IMG/VR virus record: IMGVR_UViG_3300050343_000191
Span: 124,001-188,000 of that record
Length of the DNA: 64,000 bases
Reading direction: 5' to 3' (one strand)
The position numbers were made by a program, and so were the translations under genes. The notes under the pieces are model-generated. The model saw only the letters and a program-made list of their open reading frames with translations, was not told where the DNA came from and did no database searches. The stretch's first letter is position 1. Each line of letters opens with the position of its first letter. This document shows, one piece after another, positions 48,514-58,800 of this stretch.

Positions 48514-49473
48514 CGACGAATCTCACTGATAGCGGGTTGACCTTGATTAAACACAACATCAACAACTGCCTGAACTTTCTTGGCAGTGCTGATACCAACT
48601 CTATCATAAGTTGGAATACAAACTAAACCAAACGTCTTCTCAGTGCTACCCAGACGGATCACACGACCGATAGACTGACTGATACCAATGTAATCCATAT
48701 TACGCATAAAGATGACTGCCTCAAGTCCACTGACGTTGATACCCTCAGACAGAATAGAGTGGTGAAGAACAACAAATCTTATTGATTGCATTGTCATCGA
48801 TGGTTTCCAACAAATTCTGTGAATCTGTGAGTCTAAAGTCCCCTTGTGGCAATTGTTTAACAACCACTTTTGGAGGAAGAATATACCCTTCATTGACAAG
48901 CAAAGGAGCAGGAACATTACATAAAACTTGACCATATACTGACCCATCATTCATCCCTGGTTTGAAAATAGTAACACTATGCTTAGGAGTAGCAGTGAAG
49001 AAGTAGCAGCGATCAGAATCAGAAGCAAAGTGTTCCGTAGCAGGGAAAAAGTTTCTTTGAACCGAATTATGCGCTTCGTCAAAGTAAATGGTATCGATTT
49101 CAATTCCTGCCTCCTGAATACGGTGCAACGAATGATATGTAGTAAAAATCAGTTGATTTCGATACGCTTGTTTACACCACCGCTCAATATATGCAGGTTT
49201 TGTGCTACTGAAGTGCTCAGTTTCTCCACTGTGAACGTGAAACACGGCAGCATTGTCAATAACTTCCAAAAACTCTTTACAGAGTTGTGCTGCCAAAAGA
49301 ATACGAGGAGCAACTACAACAATCCTTGTAGGACCATCAGAATCGAATCGTACTTTAGCGTCTTCAATCATACAAATAGTCTTGCCACCACCAGTAGGGA
49401 TGATAACCTGACCTTTAGTATGTTTCTGCATCGCTTCCAAAGCATTCTGCTGATGGGGGCGAAGGGTGATCAC
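48510..49473 (-). pseudogene. SF2 (DEAH, ResIII/UvsW-like) helicase split by an internal deletion and frameshift
   Basis: Motifs Q (LRPHQ), I (PTGGGKT), II (DEAH) and III (TATP) are in one frame; V (LSEGINV) and VI (QSIGRVIR) are in another. The frames join at AAGATTTGTTG (48770-48780) with the motif IV region missing. Confidence 0.75.
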
Positions 49474-49556
49474 GGGTTTCCTGTTTGGTATGGAATTATT
49501 ATAGCAGAAGATCACCTACTAAGATACCTTGCAGACAGTCTAAGAACTGGAACAAG

Positions 49557-50171
49557 TCAGTAAACCCTACGCTCTTCTCCATATAGTGTTACGATTGCGT
49601 TGAATGAAATTGTTATTCGTGGTTTTTCAGTTGCCTTGCCAGGTGGTACACAATGCTGCAAATATGAAGGAAACATCAACAAATCTCCCTCTTCAATTTT
49701 TGGAACATATACCTCACCACAATTGTTTGAGTTCATCTCCAAACTCAAATACCTCATAGATCTCAGAGGATCCCAAAATTCAGGTGGTTGGTGCTCATCT
49801 TTATCATAAGATAAAAAATGAATGAACGAGAAATGAGAATGGTTTATCTTAGAGTACAGATGATCGTGAATTTCTTGGTACTCACCATCTCGATACACAT
49901 TATACCAAAGATCAGTGAAGTGCAATCCATATTGATCATCAAAAAATTCATCAATCGTATTGTGATAGATGTTCAACAAGATATCTTTATCTTTCTCGAT
50001 GAAATCTTTTTCTTGATTAAAAGAAGTAAGAATTTTATTAGTGGTCCAGTCTTCAGGTATTTCTAGTTCATCTAGAGAATCTAGTATAGATTGAACTAGA
50101 TTTTGTTTTAGAATCTCGTTTCCATTTACTCTAGATTGAAATATAGTTACTGGAAATACTTCCGTTTTCAT
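49557..50171 (-). CDS. 2OG-Fe(II) oxygenase (TIGR02466-like)
   Basis: WYNVY...EIHDH; EGDLLMFPSYLQHCV; RITISFN. Confidence 0.85.
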   Translation of the reverse strand: MKTEVFPVTIFQSRVNGNEILKQNLVQSILDSLDELEIPEDWTTNKILTSFNQEKDFIEKDKDILLNIYHNTIDEFFDDQYGLHFTDLWYNVYRDGEYQEIHDHLYSKINHSHFSFIHFLSYDKDEHQPPEFWDPLRSMRYLSLEMNSNNCGEVYVPKIEEGDLLMFPSYLQHCVPPGKATEKPRITISFNAIVTLYGEERRVY

Positions 50172-51292
50172 GCACCACCAACATTATTATACCAACATTT
50201 ATAACTTGGAGGTTCCCAATAAGCATACTCTAAGTCTTCTTGATTTTCAGGGTTAAAAATATATGGGAGTTCTATACACTTTTGAATATGATCTATAAGT
50301 GCATTATTATTTGAATATGCTAAAGACTGTGCATAATTCCAGAATGGGGTATCATAAATTGATCCATTCTTATAGTGCCACAAAATAAAATCTTGAACTT
50401 GAAGTATCTCAGTATGAACTATATTATTCACTTCTTCTCTTGATTGAGCACCAATCATTACATCATACAAAGATTCGGATACATTATGATGAACAAGAGA
50501 TGCAATCGCTTCCATTGGTTCAATGAATGAATATGAGTTGCCATTCAAAATAGTTCTCTCACCTCTCCACATATCTTTAGCGATATAATTATCGAAAGAA
50601 AGATAACCATTAGGTTCTACATCAAATCTTTGAATAAAATCTTTCTCAGCATCTTCTCTAGTTGTAATTGTATTATTATACAAATAACCATAAGAAACAC
50701 TATCGTGATTTGGAATTACAAATACCCAACCATTTGGTGTCGCAATATGCTCTGTCCACAATAAATTTGGATCCGCACCTTCCTTTCTGGCAAGAATTAC
50801 AGAATTGATAGGATTTGTTAAAATGTCATAAGAATCATCTAACTTATCTGGTCTTCCTCTACAATCTATAATGTATGTTGCATCAATTTCATTTTCTGGA
50901 TCAGTGATGGTTTTTTCAACAACATTAAAAATACCAGATTCTAAAACCTGTTCAGAAAATAGTTTCGGTACATAGTGCATTGCAAATGAACCACTCCGAA
51001 AAGCGTGAAAGAAGTCATCAGTATTCTTTCCCCATCCCTTATATCGAATACCTTGCTTTATTGTTGCTTTAATATTATTTTTATTTACCCAATCCAAATC
51101 AAGGACATCAAAAATAGTTTCACGAATATTTAATTGTGTTCCTTGACCAACTTTCTCAATATTAATATTAGGATCGTGATAGATTTCAATTTCATCAATA
51201 TCATAATCTTCAGTTTCCCTCAAATAATGAAGATTTAATGCTGAAATACAACCTGCGTTTCCTGCACCAATGATAGCAATTTTTTCTGTCAT
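50168..51292 (-). CDS. Flavin-dependent halogenase (PrnA-like, short form)
   Basis: GAGNAG; ATIKQGIRY (catalytic Lys position); GWVFVIP (WxWxIP-like); FIEPME. Confidence 0.75.
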   Translation of the reverse strand: MTEKIAIIGAGNAGCISALNLHYLRETEDYDIDEIEIYHDPNINIEKVGQGTQLNIRETIFDVLDLDWVNKNNIKATIKQGIRYKGWGKNTDDFFHAFRSGSFAMHYVPKLFSEQVLESGIFNVVEKTITDPENEIDATYIIDCRGRPDKLDDSYDILTNPINSVILARKEGADPNLLWTEHIATPNGWVFVIPNHDSVSYGYLYNNTITTREDAEKDFIQRFDVEPNGYLSFDNYIAKDMWRGERTILNGNSYSFIEPMEAIASLVHHNVSESLYDVMIGAQSREEVNNIVHTEILQVQDFILWHYKNGSIYDTPFWNYAQSLAYSNNNALIDHIQKCIELPYIFNPENQEDLEYAYWEPPSYKCWYNNVGGA

Positions 51293-51861
51293 TCTTTTTC
51301 AGTAAAGTTGTATTTGATAGCAACAGTGAAACGATATCCATTTCGGTATGTTGTTGCTTTATGTAGGATGCTTGCGGGAAATCCAACTAATCGATTTTGA
51401 ATTGGAGGAATTCCATAAAAAGAACCATCTACAAGGAATTGTGTTTCTCCACCATTATCGATATCATATCCTGGTGTGGTGTAGAAAAGAAATGTTTTTG
51501 CATCTACACCTTCATCTTCATCAGTATGAAAATATGGATTCTCACTTGGAGCGAAACAATTAATATACAATCTTACAATATTTTTTTTATCACAATCGGA
51601 GAATTTTTCTACAATTTTATCAGCAAATATATTATAAAATCTTTTTGTGTCTATGGTTGAATCATCAACAGCATTTTTTGGAATTCTTTCACTGGTAAGA
51701 TCATCTTCCTCCATACCATCAAACCAGACATTATGAACTAATCCTGTTACTGGTGTATCAGAATTATCTGCCTCTCCATAGTAATAAGGAGCATCGACAC
51801 AATACTCAACTACAAAGTCAAGTTCTTCTTGTGTTAAAAAATCATCTACAACATCAATCAT
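51289..51861 (-). CDS. 2OG-Fe(II) oxygenase (prolyl-hydroxylase-like)
   Basis: YINCF...YFHTD; GGETQF; NRLVGFPASILHKA; RFTVAIK. Confidence 0.85.
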   Translation of the reverse strand: MIDVVDDFLTQEELDFVVEYCVDAPYYYGEADNSDTPVTGLVHNVWFDGMEEDDLTSERIPKNAVDDSTIDTKRFYNIFADKIVEKFSDCDKKNIVRLYINCFAPSENPYFHTDEDEGVDAKTFLFYTTPGYDIDNGGETQFLVDGSFYGIPPIQNRLVGFPASILHKATTYRNGYRFTVAIKYNFTEKE

Positions 51862-52579
51862 TATACATTTCTCCTTGATAATCTAAAACTCTAAAATTAA
51901 ATGCGATTGTAATTCTTGGATAGTCTGGGGTTGGTTTTCCTGGTTTAACAGAATGAGAAAGATAAGAAGGAAACATAATAAAGTCTCCTTCTTTAAGTTC
52001 TGGATACCAAGTGTGTGCATAATTGTTTCTATCTAATTCAACACTCAAATTACGAAGTTGTGAAAGTGGATCTCTAAATTCAACTGGTTGATGAATTTTT
52101 GGATCAAAAGATAAAAAATGAATGCAAGAATAATGCGAACCATGAGGACCACCAACGTGATCATGCTCCTCTTGCCATTCACCATTCATATAAACATTAT
52201 ACCATATTTCATCAATATCAATCTTATATGGTGCATCAAAAATTGCATTAATACAAGCACCATATCTTTTTTCTAATACCTTTTGATAAGTATCATCTTC
52301 ACCAAAAAATATTTCTTTCCCTCTTGGTTCTCCATCAAATGATGTCATTAACTTATTAGTGAACCAACCCTCTGGAATCTCTAAGTTTTTTGCATCTGCT
52401 ACAATCTTATCAATAAGTAAATCTTTTAATTTATCATTATCAGTCATTGACAAATGATAATATGTAATTGGAAATACTTTACAAACAAAGTCTACAGATT
52501 TTGATATTTCTAACAGAGTTTTATTAGAAGTATCATTTTTTATAAAATTTATAGGTCCTTTAATATCTTTAGAGCTCAT
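51854..52579 (-). CDS. 2OG-Fe(II) oxygenase (TIGR02466-like)
   Basis: WYNVY...EEHDH; SCIHFL; EGDFIMFPSYLSHSV; RITIAFN. Confidence 0.85.
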   Translation of the reverse strand: MSSKDIKGPINFIKNDTSNKTLLEISKSVDFVCKVFPITYYHLSMTDNDKLKDLLIDKIVADAKNLEIPEGWFTNKLMTSFDGEPRGKEIFFGEDDTYQKVLEKRYGACINAIFDAPYKIDIDEIWYNVYMNGEWQEEHDHVGGPHGSHYSCIHFLSFDPKIHQPVEFRDPLSQLRNLSVELDRNNYAHTWYPELKEGDFIMFPSYLSHSVKPGKPTPDYPRITIAFNFRVLDYQGEMYND

Positions 52580-52599
52580 TCTTCAAAAGCAACAAACAT

Positions 52600-52628
52600 A
52601 TTCTAATCATAATTTAGGTTATTGTCAA
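52600..52628 (-). promoter_or_regulatory. Sigma70-type promoter TTGACA-N17-TAGAAT
   Basis: -35 at 52623-52628 and -10 at 52600-52605, heading the oxygenase/halogenase operon. Confidence 0.85.
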
Positions 52629-52649
52629 GCCCCTCTTAATATGATAAGA

Positions 52650-54773
52650 TTAGAACAATGCGAGAGATGTAGTACCAACACCAGGAACAACGAATTGAAT
52701 TTCATTTCCAACTACATTCATTTTAATACCTGTTCCAATACCACTACTGAATCCATTCAAAGCAGTCATAATTCCTGTTGTACGAATATCTGCGCTAGGT
52801 GTTCCATCAGCAGTAGAATCGTCAAGAGCACCTTCACTAACAAAGACTGGTCCTTGAATATTAAGAGCACCAGTTGTCATTTGAGTTACCCCAACACCTA
52901 TCGCAAGGCGTTCAATAACAGCAGTTCCATAAACTGTGAGAGCAGTAAATTCATCTAATGCAGTGGTGCCAATTCCAACTTGACCACCGTCTAGTAGTGT
53001 AATATCACTTACAGATGTTTGATCAATAGTTCCACCAATACCAAGTTGATCCCCAGTAAATTGATCAAGAGGATGACCTATTTGTACTGCTGCAAATGGT
53101 GTTTCTGTATATGATATTGGATTTATAGAAAGACCGCCACCAGTCAAATGATCATCATCAATACTAAGTCTGCCATCTACAAATAGATCTCCAACAGTAG
53201 AGACACCTGTGATATTTAAACTATTGAAGTTTTGTCCTGGTGCTGGAATAATTTCTGTTCCATCAGGATTTAGAAGTCCTGCTGAACCATCTTCAATATA
53301 GATTGCTCTAGTAGTGATTGAAGAACCAGTTCCAGGTACGGAGATGTCACCATCTACTGCAATATTTCCACCAACTTCAACACTAGTCTGTACGAATAAG
53401 TCTGATGTACTAGTAAGTCCAGTAACTTCTAATCTTGCAGTTGGATCAGTTTTACCAATACCCAGACTACCACCATAAGTGAGAGTCATAAGGTTATTTG
53501 ATCCTGTATGATGCCAATGGAAATCTCCAGTTCCGACACCAGCAGTTCCTGCTTGAAGATAATAATTTACATTACCATTTCCAAAGTTGATAAGATCTAA
53601 TGACTCATAAAGACTGTATGGGAATGCTGTATTTGGATTATTATATCTAATTCCTCCACTATTTTCTGCTAAAGAAGTAGTCGAACCTAAAGAAACAAGA
53701 GATTCTATATTAGTTGTAGTGTTAATACCACTCGATAATTGGAGAATAGATGGAGAGTTAAATTTTCTAATTGTAATATCTGATGTTAATTCAGAATCTG
53801 TCCCAACACCAATTAAAGTTGCGCTTAAAATATTTGAAACAGTTGCAACACCGACTGTAAGATCATTAATATCTACATCAGCATCAGATGTTAAACTTCT
53901 TGCTGTTGTTGCTGTACCAGTAACATCTCCAGTGATTCCACCAATGAAACTTGATGCAGCAACTGCGGATGCTGTCAATATACCAACAATAATATCTGGA
54001 GTTCCAACTAATCCTTCTGCACCAGTTGCAATGCCAGTAACATTACCAGTAACATTACCAGTAACATCTCCAGTTAAAGGTCCACTGAATGTACCAGCAG
54101 TGATAATACCTGATAAATTAAGATTGCTTGGTATTCTATTATTTTCAAGAATGGGAAGTCTATCGTTAGAGATAGTTCCTAATTCAATATTTGTACCATC
54201 TAATAATGTTAATTCGGAACCAATACCTGCAAATGAATGTGCTGTTACAATTCCAGTTGCATAGATGTCTCCAGTTGAATTGATGCCGACACCGTTTCCA
54301 AAGTTGAGTGGGTCTGTAGTGCCACCAATTTGAAGTGTAAATCTAGGATCATCAGTTGCAACACCAACAAAACCTCTATTGTAGATGCTGGTAAATCCCA
54401 AACCAACATCTATATCTAACCACTGTGATGTTGGCATTCCTTGTAGGAATCTGGCATCACCATAATATGTGACAATTCCTGATGGATCTGTTGCAGTGAT
54501 GAAACCAGATTGAATACTAATTCCAGCACCAATTAAAGTATTCCCTACCTCTATATTTTCAATCGTCGCAGTATCAGAGACGGATAATGTTTGACCTCTT
54601 AGTTGAGATGCAGTTAAAAATCCTGTAACTCTTGCATTTCCGCCATTAACGTGCAAGAGTTCTGTTGGAACCGTAGTTCCAATTCCAACCAGTCCAGTAG
54701 GACTTACAACCAGATTGTCATCATCAACTTGAACGCCATTGCGAAAGTTGAATTGCTTTCTTATATTCGCCAT
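52650..54773 (-). CDS. Tail fibre-like structural protein (707 aa)
   Basis: VGIGTTxP repeats, GIVTA/GIITA repeats and GNVTGNVTG; GATAAATA at 54794-54801 upstream. Confidence 0.8.
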   Translation of the reverse strand: MANIRKQFNFRNGVQVDDDNLVVSPTGLVGIGTTVPTELLHVNGGNARVTGFLTASQLRGQTLSVSDTATIENIEVGNTLIGAGISIQSGFITATDPSGIVTYYGDARFLQGMPTSQWLDIDVGLGFTSIYNRGFVGVATDDPRFTLQIGGTTDPLNFGNGVGINSTGDIYATGIVTAHSFAGIGSELTLLDGTNIELGTISNDRLPILENNRIPSNLNLSGIITAGTFSGPLTGDVTGNVTGNVTGIATGAEGLVGTPDIIVGILTASAVAASSFIGGITGDVTGTATTARSLTSDADVDINDLTVGVATVSNILSATLIGVGTDSELTSDITIRKFNSPSILQLSSGINTTTNIESLVSLGSTTSLAENSGGIRYNNPNTAFPYSLYESLDLINFGNGNVNYYLQAGTAGVGTGDFHWHHTGSNNLMTLTYGGSLGIGKTDPTARLEVTGLTSTSDLFVQTSVEVGGNIAVDGDISVPGTGSSITTRAIYIEDGSAGLLNPDGTEIIPAPGQNFNSLNITGVSTVGDLFVDGRLSIDDDHLTGGGLSINPISYTETPFAAVQIGHPLDQFTGDQLGIGGTIDQTSVSDITLLDGGQVGIGTTALDEFTALTVYGTAVIERLAIGVGVTQMTTGALNIQGPVFVSEGALDDSTADGTPSADIRTTGIMTALNGFSSGIGTGIKMNVVGNEIQFVVPGVGTTSLALF

Positions 54774-54799
54774 CGTATATGGTGATTTTTATCTATTTA

Positions 54800-55822
54800 T
54801 CAAAAGACTCCACCATTAAATGTTGGACCGTATATAGTCCCAGATACGACATAATTTACACTTCCACTACCTGAGATAACAATAGATCTACCTTTGCCAC
54901 CGCCACCACTATCACCACTACTACCATTACTACCATAACTTCCACCATTGCCGCCGCTACGAGCGCCATCGCCGCCGCCACCACCGCCGCCTCCAGGACC
55001 GCCTTGACTACCATCACCACCTCTACTACCGCCGTTGCCGCCTCCAGAACCACCTGCACCGCCTGGAAATCCTTGACCGCCGCCTCCGCCGCCGCCACCT
55101 TTTCTTCTTCTATCCTTCCTTCTATTTCTACCTCTGGAATCACACCACCATCCACATCTCCTATAATCACGGGATCGTTTGTGCCTATCCTTTCTTTTAC
55201 CAGCACCGCCGCCTCCTCCACCGCCGCCACCAGCGATGAATCCATAGTTAGTAATATCGAGAGGATATTCAACACCTAATCCAGAAGATCCCCTCTTACC
55301 ACCACTAGGACCTCCACTTCTATTTCCACCTTTTCCACCAGCACCAGCGGCACCAATAATTGCACCAGAACCACCAATATTCAAATCAAGATTGGTATTA
55401 CTATTCCAACTACCAGTTCTTAATGCACACTTTAGTCCACGACTACCATCATACTCTGATCCAATTCTCTTATTGACGTGGATAATAACTCTAGTTCCAT
55501 TAGTATTACTCGGTCTTCCCCTAAAACCACCAATTGTTTGAACTCTATTGGAACTACCATTATTATATCTGTTTCTAGCAGTAGCTCTTCTTATATTACT
55601 ACCATCATAATAATTTACAACACAATTAAGTTGTTTGCTGTAAAAATTACTTATACGGATAGTTCCACTCTGTGGAACACCAGTGTCAAGGGGCAGATTG
55701 GACATTGCCCCAAAAGTTTCACTAACTCGATATCTACCTAAACTAACCCCACCTCCACCATCAGCGCGACCAAACTCACTAATGATATTAGAGAACCTTA
55801 TTGTTCCAGAACCCTGTAACAT
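54800..55822 (-). CDS. Glycine-rich tail-fibre adhesin (gp38-like)
   Basis: N-terminal GTIRFSNIISEFG cap; glycine-rich motifs (ITNYGFIAGGGGGGGGG); follows a chaperone-bearing fibre; AATAAATA at 55836-55843. Confidence 0.65.
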   Translation of the reverse strand: MLQGSGTIRFSNIISEFGRADGGGGVSLGRYRVSETFGAMSNLPLDTGVPQSGTIRISNFYSKQLNCVVNYYDGSNIRRATARNRYNNGSSNRVQTIGGFRGRPSNTNGTRVIIHVNKRIGSEYDGSRGLKCALRTGSWNSNTNLDLNIGGSGAIIGAAGAGGKGGNRSGGPSGGKRGSSGLGVEYPLDITNYGFIAGGGGGGGGGAGKRKDRHKRSRDYRRCGWWCDSRGRNRRKDRRRKGGGGGGGGQGFPGGAGGSGGGNGGSRGGDGSQGGPGGGGGGGGDGARSGGNGGSYGSNGSSGDSGGGGKGRSIVISGSGSVNYVVSGTIYGPTFNGGVF

Positions 55823-55834
55823 ATCTCTTTTTGA

Positions 55835-58800
55835 TTATTTATTGAGTTTATCTTCAAGAGTAGAAACTTTATCAGAAAGTTCCTTAATTGCCTCAATCAA
55901 AAGTGGGACAATTTTTTCATATTGAACAGTAATGTAATCATCATCACGAGTCTTAACTGCTTCCGGAAGAACTTTTTGAATTTCTTGTGCAGAAACACCT
56001 ACGTTTCTTACATCAGTTGGGAAACCAAGTTCAGCACCTTTTTCATTGAAGTTGTACGTAAATCCACTTAGAGAGCAAACTTTAGCGAGAGCATCATCTA
56101 GTGGTGCCTTGTCGGTCTTAACACGATCATCAGATATGAAAGCGACAAGATCTCCAAGCAATCTTAAAGTATTGCTTGATGAGTCATAGGATATTCCAGA
56201 ATCAACTCTTGCTGTTGTATAATGATTTCCAGGTGCGGTCCCTTCTTGTAGTAAGAGATAATGCGGACCAAAGGAATTTCCTAATCCATTAACTCTGATT
56301 TGATTAGACTTATCAGCAGTTCCTGCAAATCTGGATGCAGTAACAGTGTTGCCACCAAAGTTTCCAGATCCATTTACAGTTAATGTTCCATCAATAGTAG
56401 TAGCATCAAGTGTTGTGTTTCCAGCAACATTAAGTCCATCAAGTTCTGTAGTACCATCAACATCAAGGTTGCCTGTAACAACTAAGTTATCATCAACTCT
56501 TGTTGTTCCACTAGCAGAGTCGAGTTCTAAGTTTCCTGTTGCTGTATCAATTTCATTGTCACCACTTACACCAATTCTAATTTCATCAATGTGTGCCTCA
56601 GAGAATGGTTTTGCTGCTGTACCAAGATATGCACCCTCATCAGTATCGGGAACAATACCAGTATCAACAGTGACTTCTCCAGTTAATTTGGAAGATCCAT
56701 TAACAGTAAGGGTTCCATCAAGTTGTAAGTTACCACCAAAATCAACATCACCACAAACAAATAGTTTCTTGCCGATTGCAACACCACCTTGAACTCTCAG
56801 TGCAGCATTTGCATCTGTGCAAGAAGTTGCATCATTAGTATTTTGAAAGTCAACTCTACCAATAACTCTCAAATCATTATTGAGAACCAGTTTCTTGTTC
56901 ATTCTCACATCACCGTTGAAGGTGATAGGACCATCAAACTGTGAAAGAATTTGCTTAGACTTACCACCCTCAACCAAGATTCTTTCTTTGACAATAACCT
57001 CATCAAATACAACAGAGAGTCTATTGGGATCTTCACCAGTTACGGTTGGTGTTGGAACATCAAATGTGGTTTGCTCACCAGACTGTGCCGAATACTTAGT
57101 GTTTCCAATGTAGAAATCACCATCACTGTCCATACCAGTGTAAAGAACAGTACCACAAGAGGTTTCTTGTGCTTGAGACAAGAACTCTTCCTTTTCACTA
57201 AGAGTCTTAACTTGGACTTGTGGGAGACCAGTAGAGTAGTTACCAGGACCATAACCAAGATATTCAAAGGTATGACCAGAAGCACGAAGGATTGAAGGTC
57301 TACGAAGTTCAATAGGTGCTAACTTAATTTTCTTAATCTGAGCACCGTTTGCGTGCGGTTCAATAATGGTTCCCATAGAACCGCGAATGACCTGAATCTC
57401 ATTATTACCACCACCAATGAGAGTTGTAGACTTAAGTCTCATAATCTCATTGCCAATCTGGAGGTAAGAACCAAGTGGGAATCTTGCGATTACTTCACTT
57501 GCACCAGTTGGAAGATTGGCAATAAAGTTCTCTTCAGTTGTAATTGATTGACCCAAGAACAACACTTCATTATCATAATTTGGAATACCTCTAGTTCCAA
57601 GATTTTCACCTAGAGAGTCGGCACTTGCATTGTTAGCAGAAAATCCGTGCTTCAGTACGTGCTTAGTAGTAGAAAGTGATGTAGTGGAGGAAACTTGGAA
57701 AGTATTGTATGTGGCATTATTGACAATAAAATCACCAACAAGACCATTTGAAGCATCAGTAAGTCTTACTTTGTTACCAACAACGAGTCCGTGTCCTTCA
57801 GTTGTGACAATTTGTTCAATCCCAGTAGTAGGTGTAGTTACACCATTAGCAGCAACGATACCAACTCTGCCAATAACCATTGCATACTGACCTGAGATAA
57901 TAACAGGATCATTTGCAGTTTTTGCAATCGTTAATTGTTTTTTGGAACTAGAATCACTAATTCTATAGTAACCATCAGTTGCAGTACCAATACCAGTAAT
58001 TTGAACATAGTCTGCTGTTGCTGTTGAAATGCCAGATAATGTGGTTACAATATTTGCAGATGGTGTTCCACCAATAGTGCTAGAATCAAAGTAAAGTGTT
58101 TCTGAAGGGGTATATCCAGATCCAGGTTCTTTAATAGTTGCAATAGTAACAGCACCACTACTAACTGTAACGTCAGCAGTAGCACCATCCCACATAGCAT
58201 TACTTGGTGCGGCATTATTATTAAACAGTCTTACATTAAAGTAATCTCCATCAATATGACCTGATCCACCATTTAATGTTGTATAGGAATTTAATCCATT
58301 CAGTTGGTGCTCGTCGTCAAATACGATTACCGCAGAAGCACCACTATCAACAACACTAGTAATCTTATTACCAAGAGAGAATGAATCGACAAACTTGTCA
58401 AGAGTTTCTCTAGTAATACTTCTCTTCAGATCATTAGTGACAACCTCACCAATTGGATTTCTCTTAGCAAGACTAACTGCCGATGTTGGGTTATCGTCTA
58501 CATTATCTCTATCTAACTGTGGGTATAGATTTGTTACCTTTTGACTATACTTAGAATTTACAAATTCACTACCAATAGCATTTCCACTGTTAAGAACATA
58601 CAGATAATAAACACCATCTTGAACATTTTGGATGTATGGTTTAATAACTTCTGTACGATAGAGATAGAAGTTTTCATTATTATTGTTTCTCTTGAATCTT
58701 GGAAGTACTTTATTTCTGACGTTGGTATCATTCAGAATATTACCAGGATCATGAGTAACACCAGAAATATCTACATCATTAACTGTAAATGTCTTATCAT

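Larger units (their letters stand above)
30810..49553 (-). promoter_or_regulatory. Repeated early-promoter dyad GTGCCA(C/G)T-N6-A(C/G)TG(G/T)CAC (about 16 degenerate copies)
   Basis: 22-bp copies start at 30810, 31183, 31484 (weak), 31762, 32448, 32758, 32989, 33245, 33404, 33554, 36812, 37125, 38774, 40032, 41479, 42039 and 49532. Most sit 28-32 nt upstream of a TAnnnT -10 box and a C/A-rich leader. Confidence 0.85.

Noticed and set aside
48745-48950. Programmed ribosomal frameshift joining the helicase halves
   Set aside because: There is no slippery heptamer at the junction, and the joined product would still lack the motif IV region
54856-55275. Val/Ala-rich alternative-frame ORFs over glycine-rich genes (also 62785-63159 and 63517-63813)
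   Set aside because: These are frame-shifted readings of GGT/GGC/GGA runs
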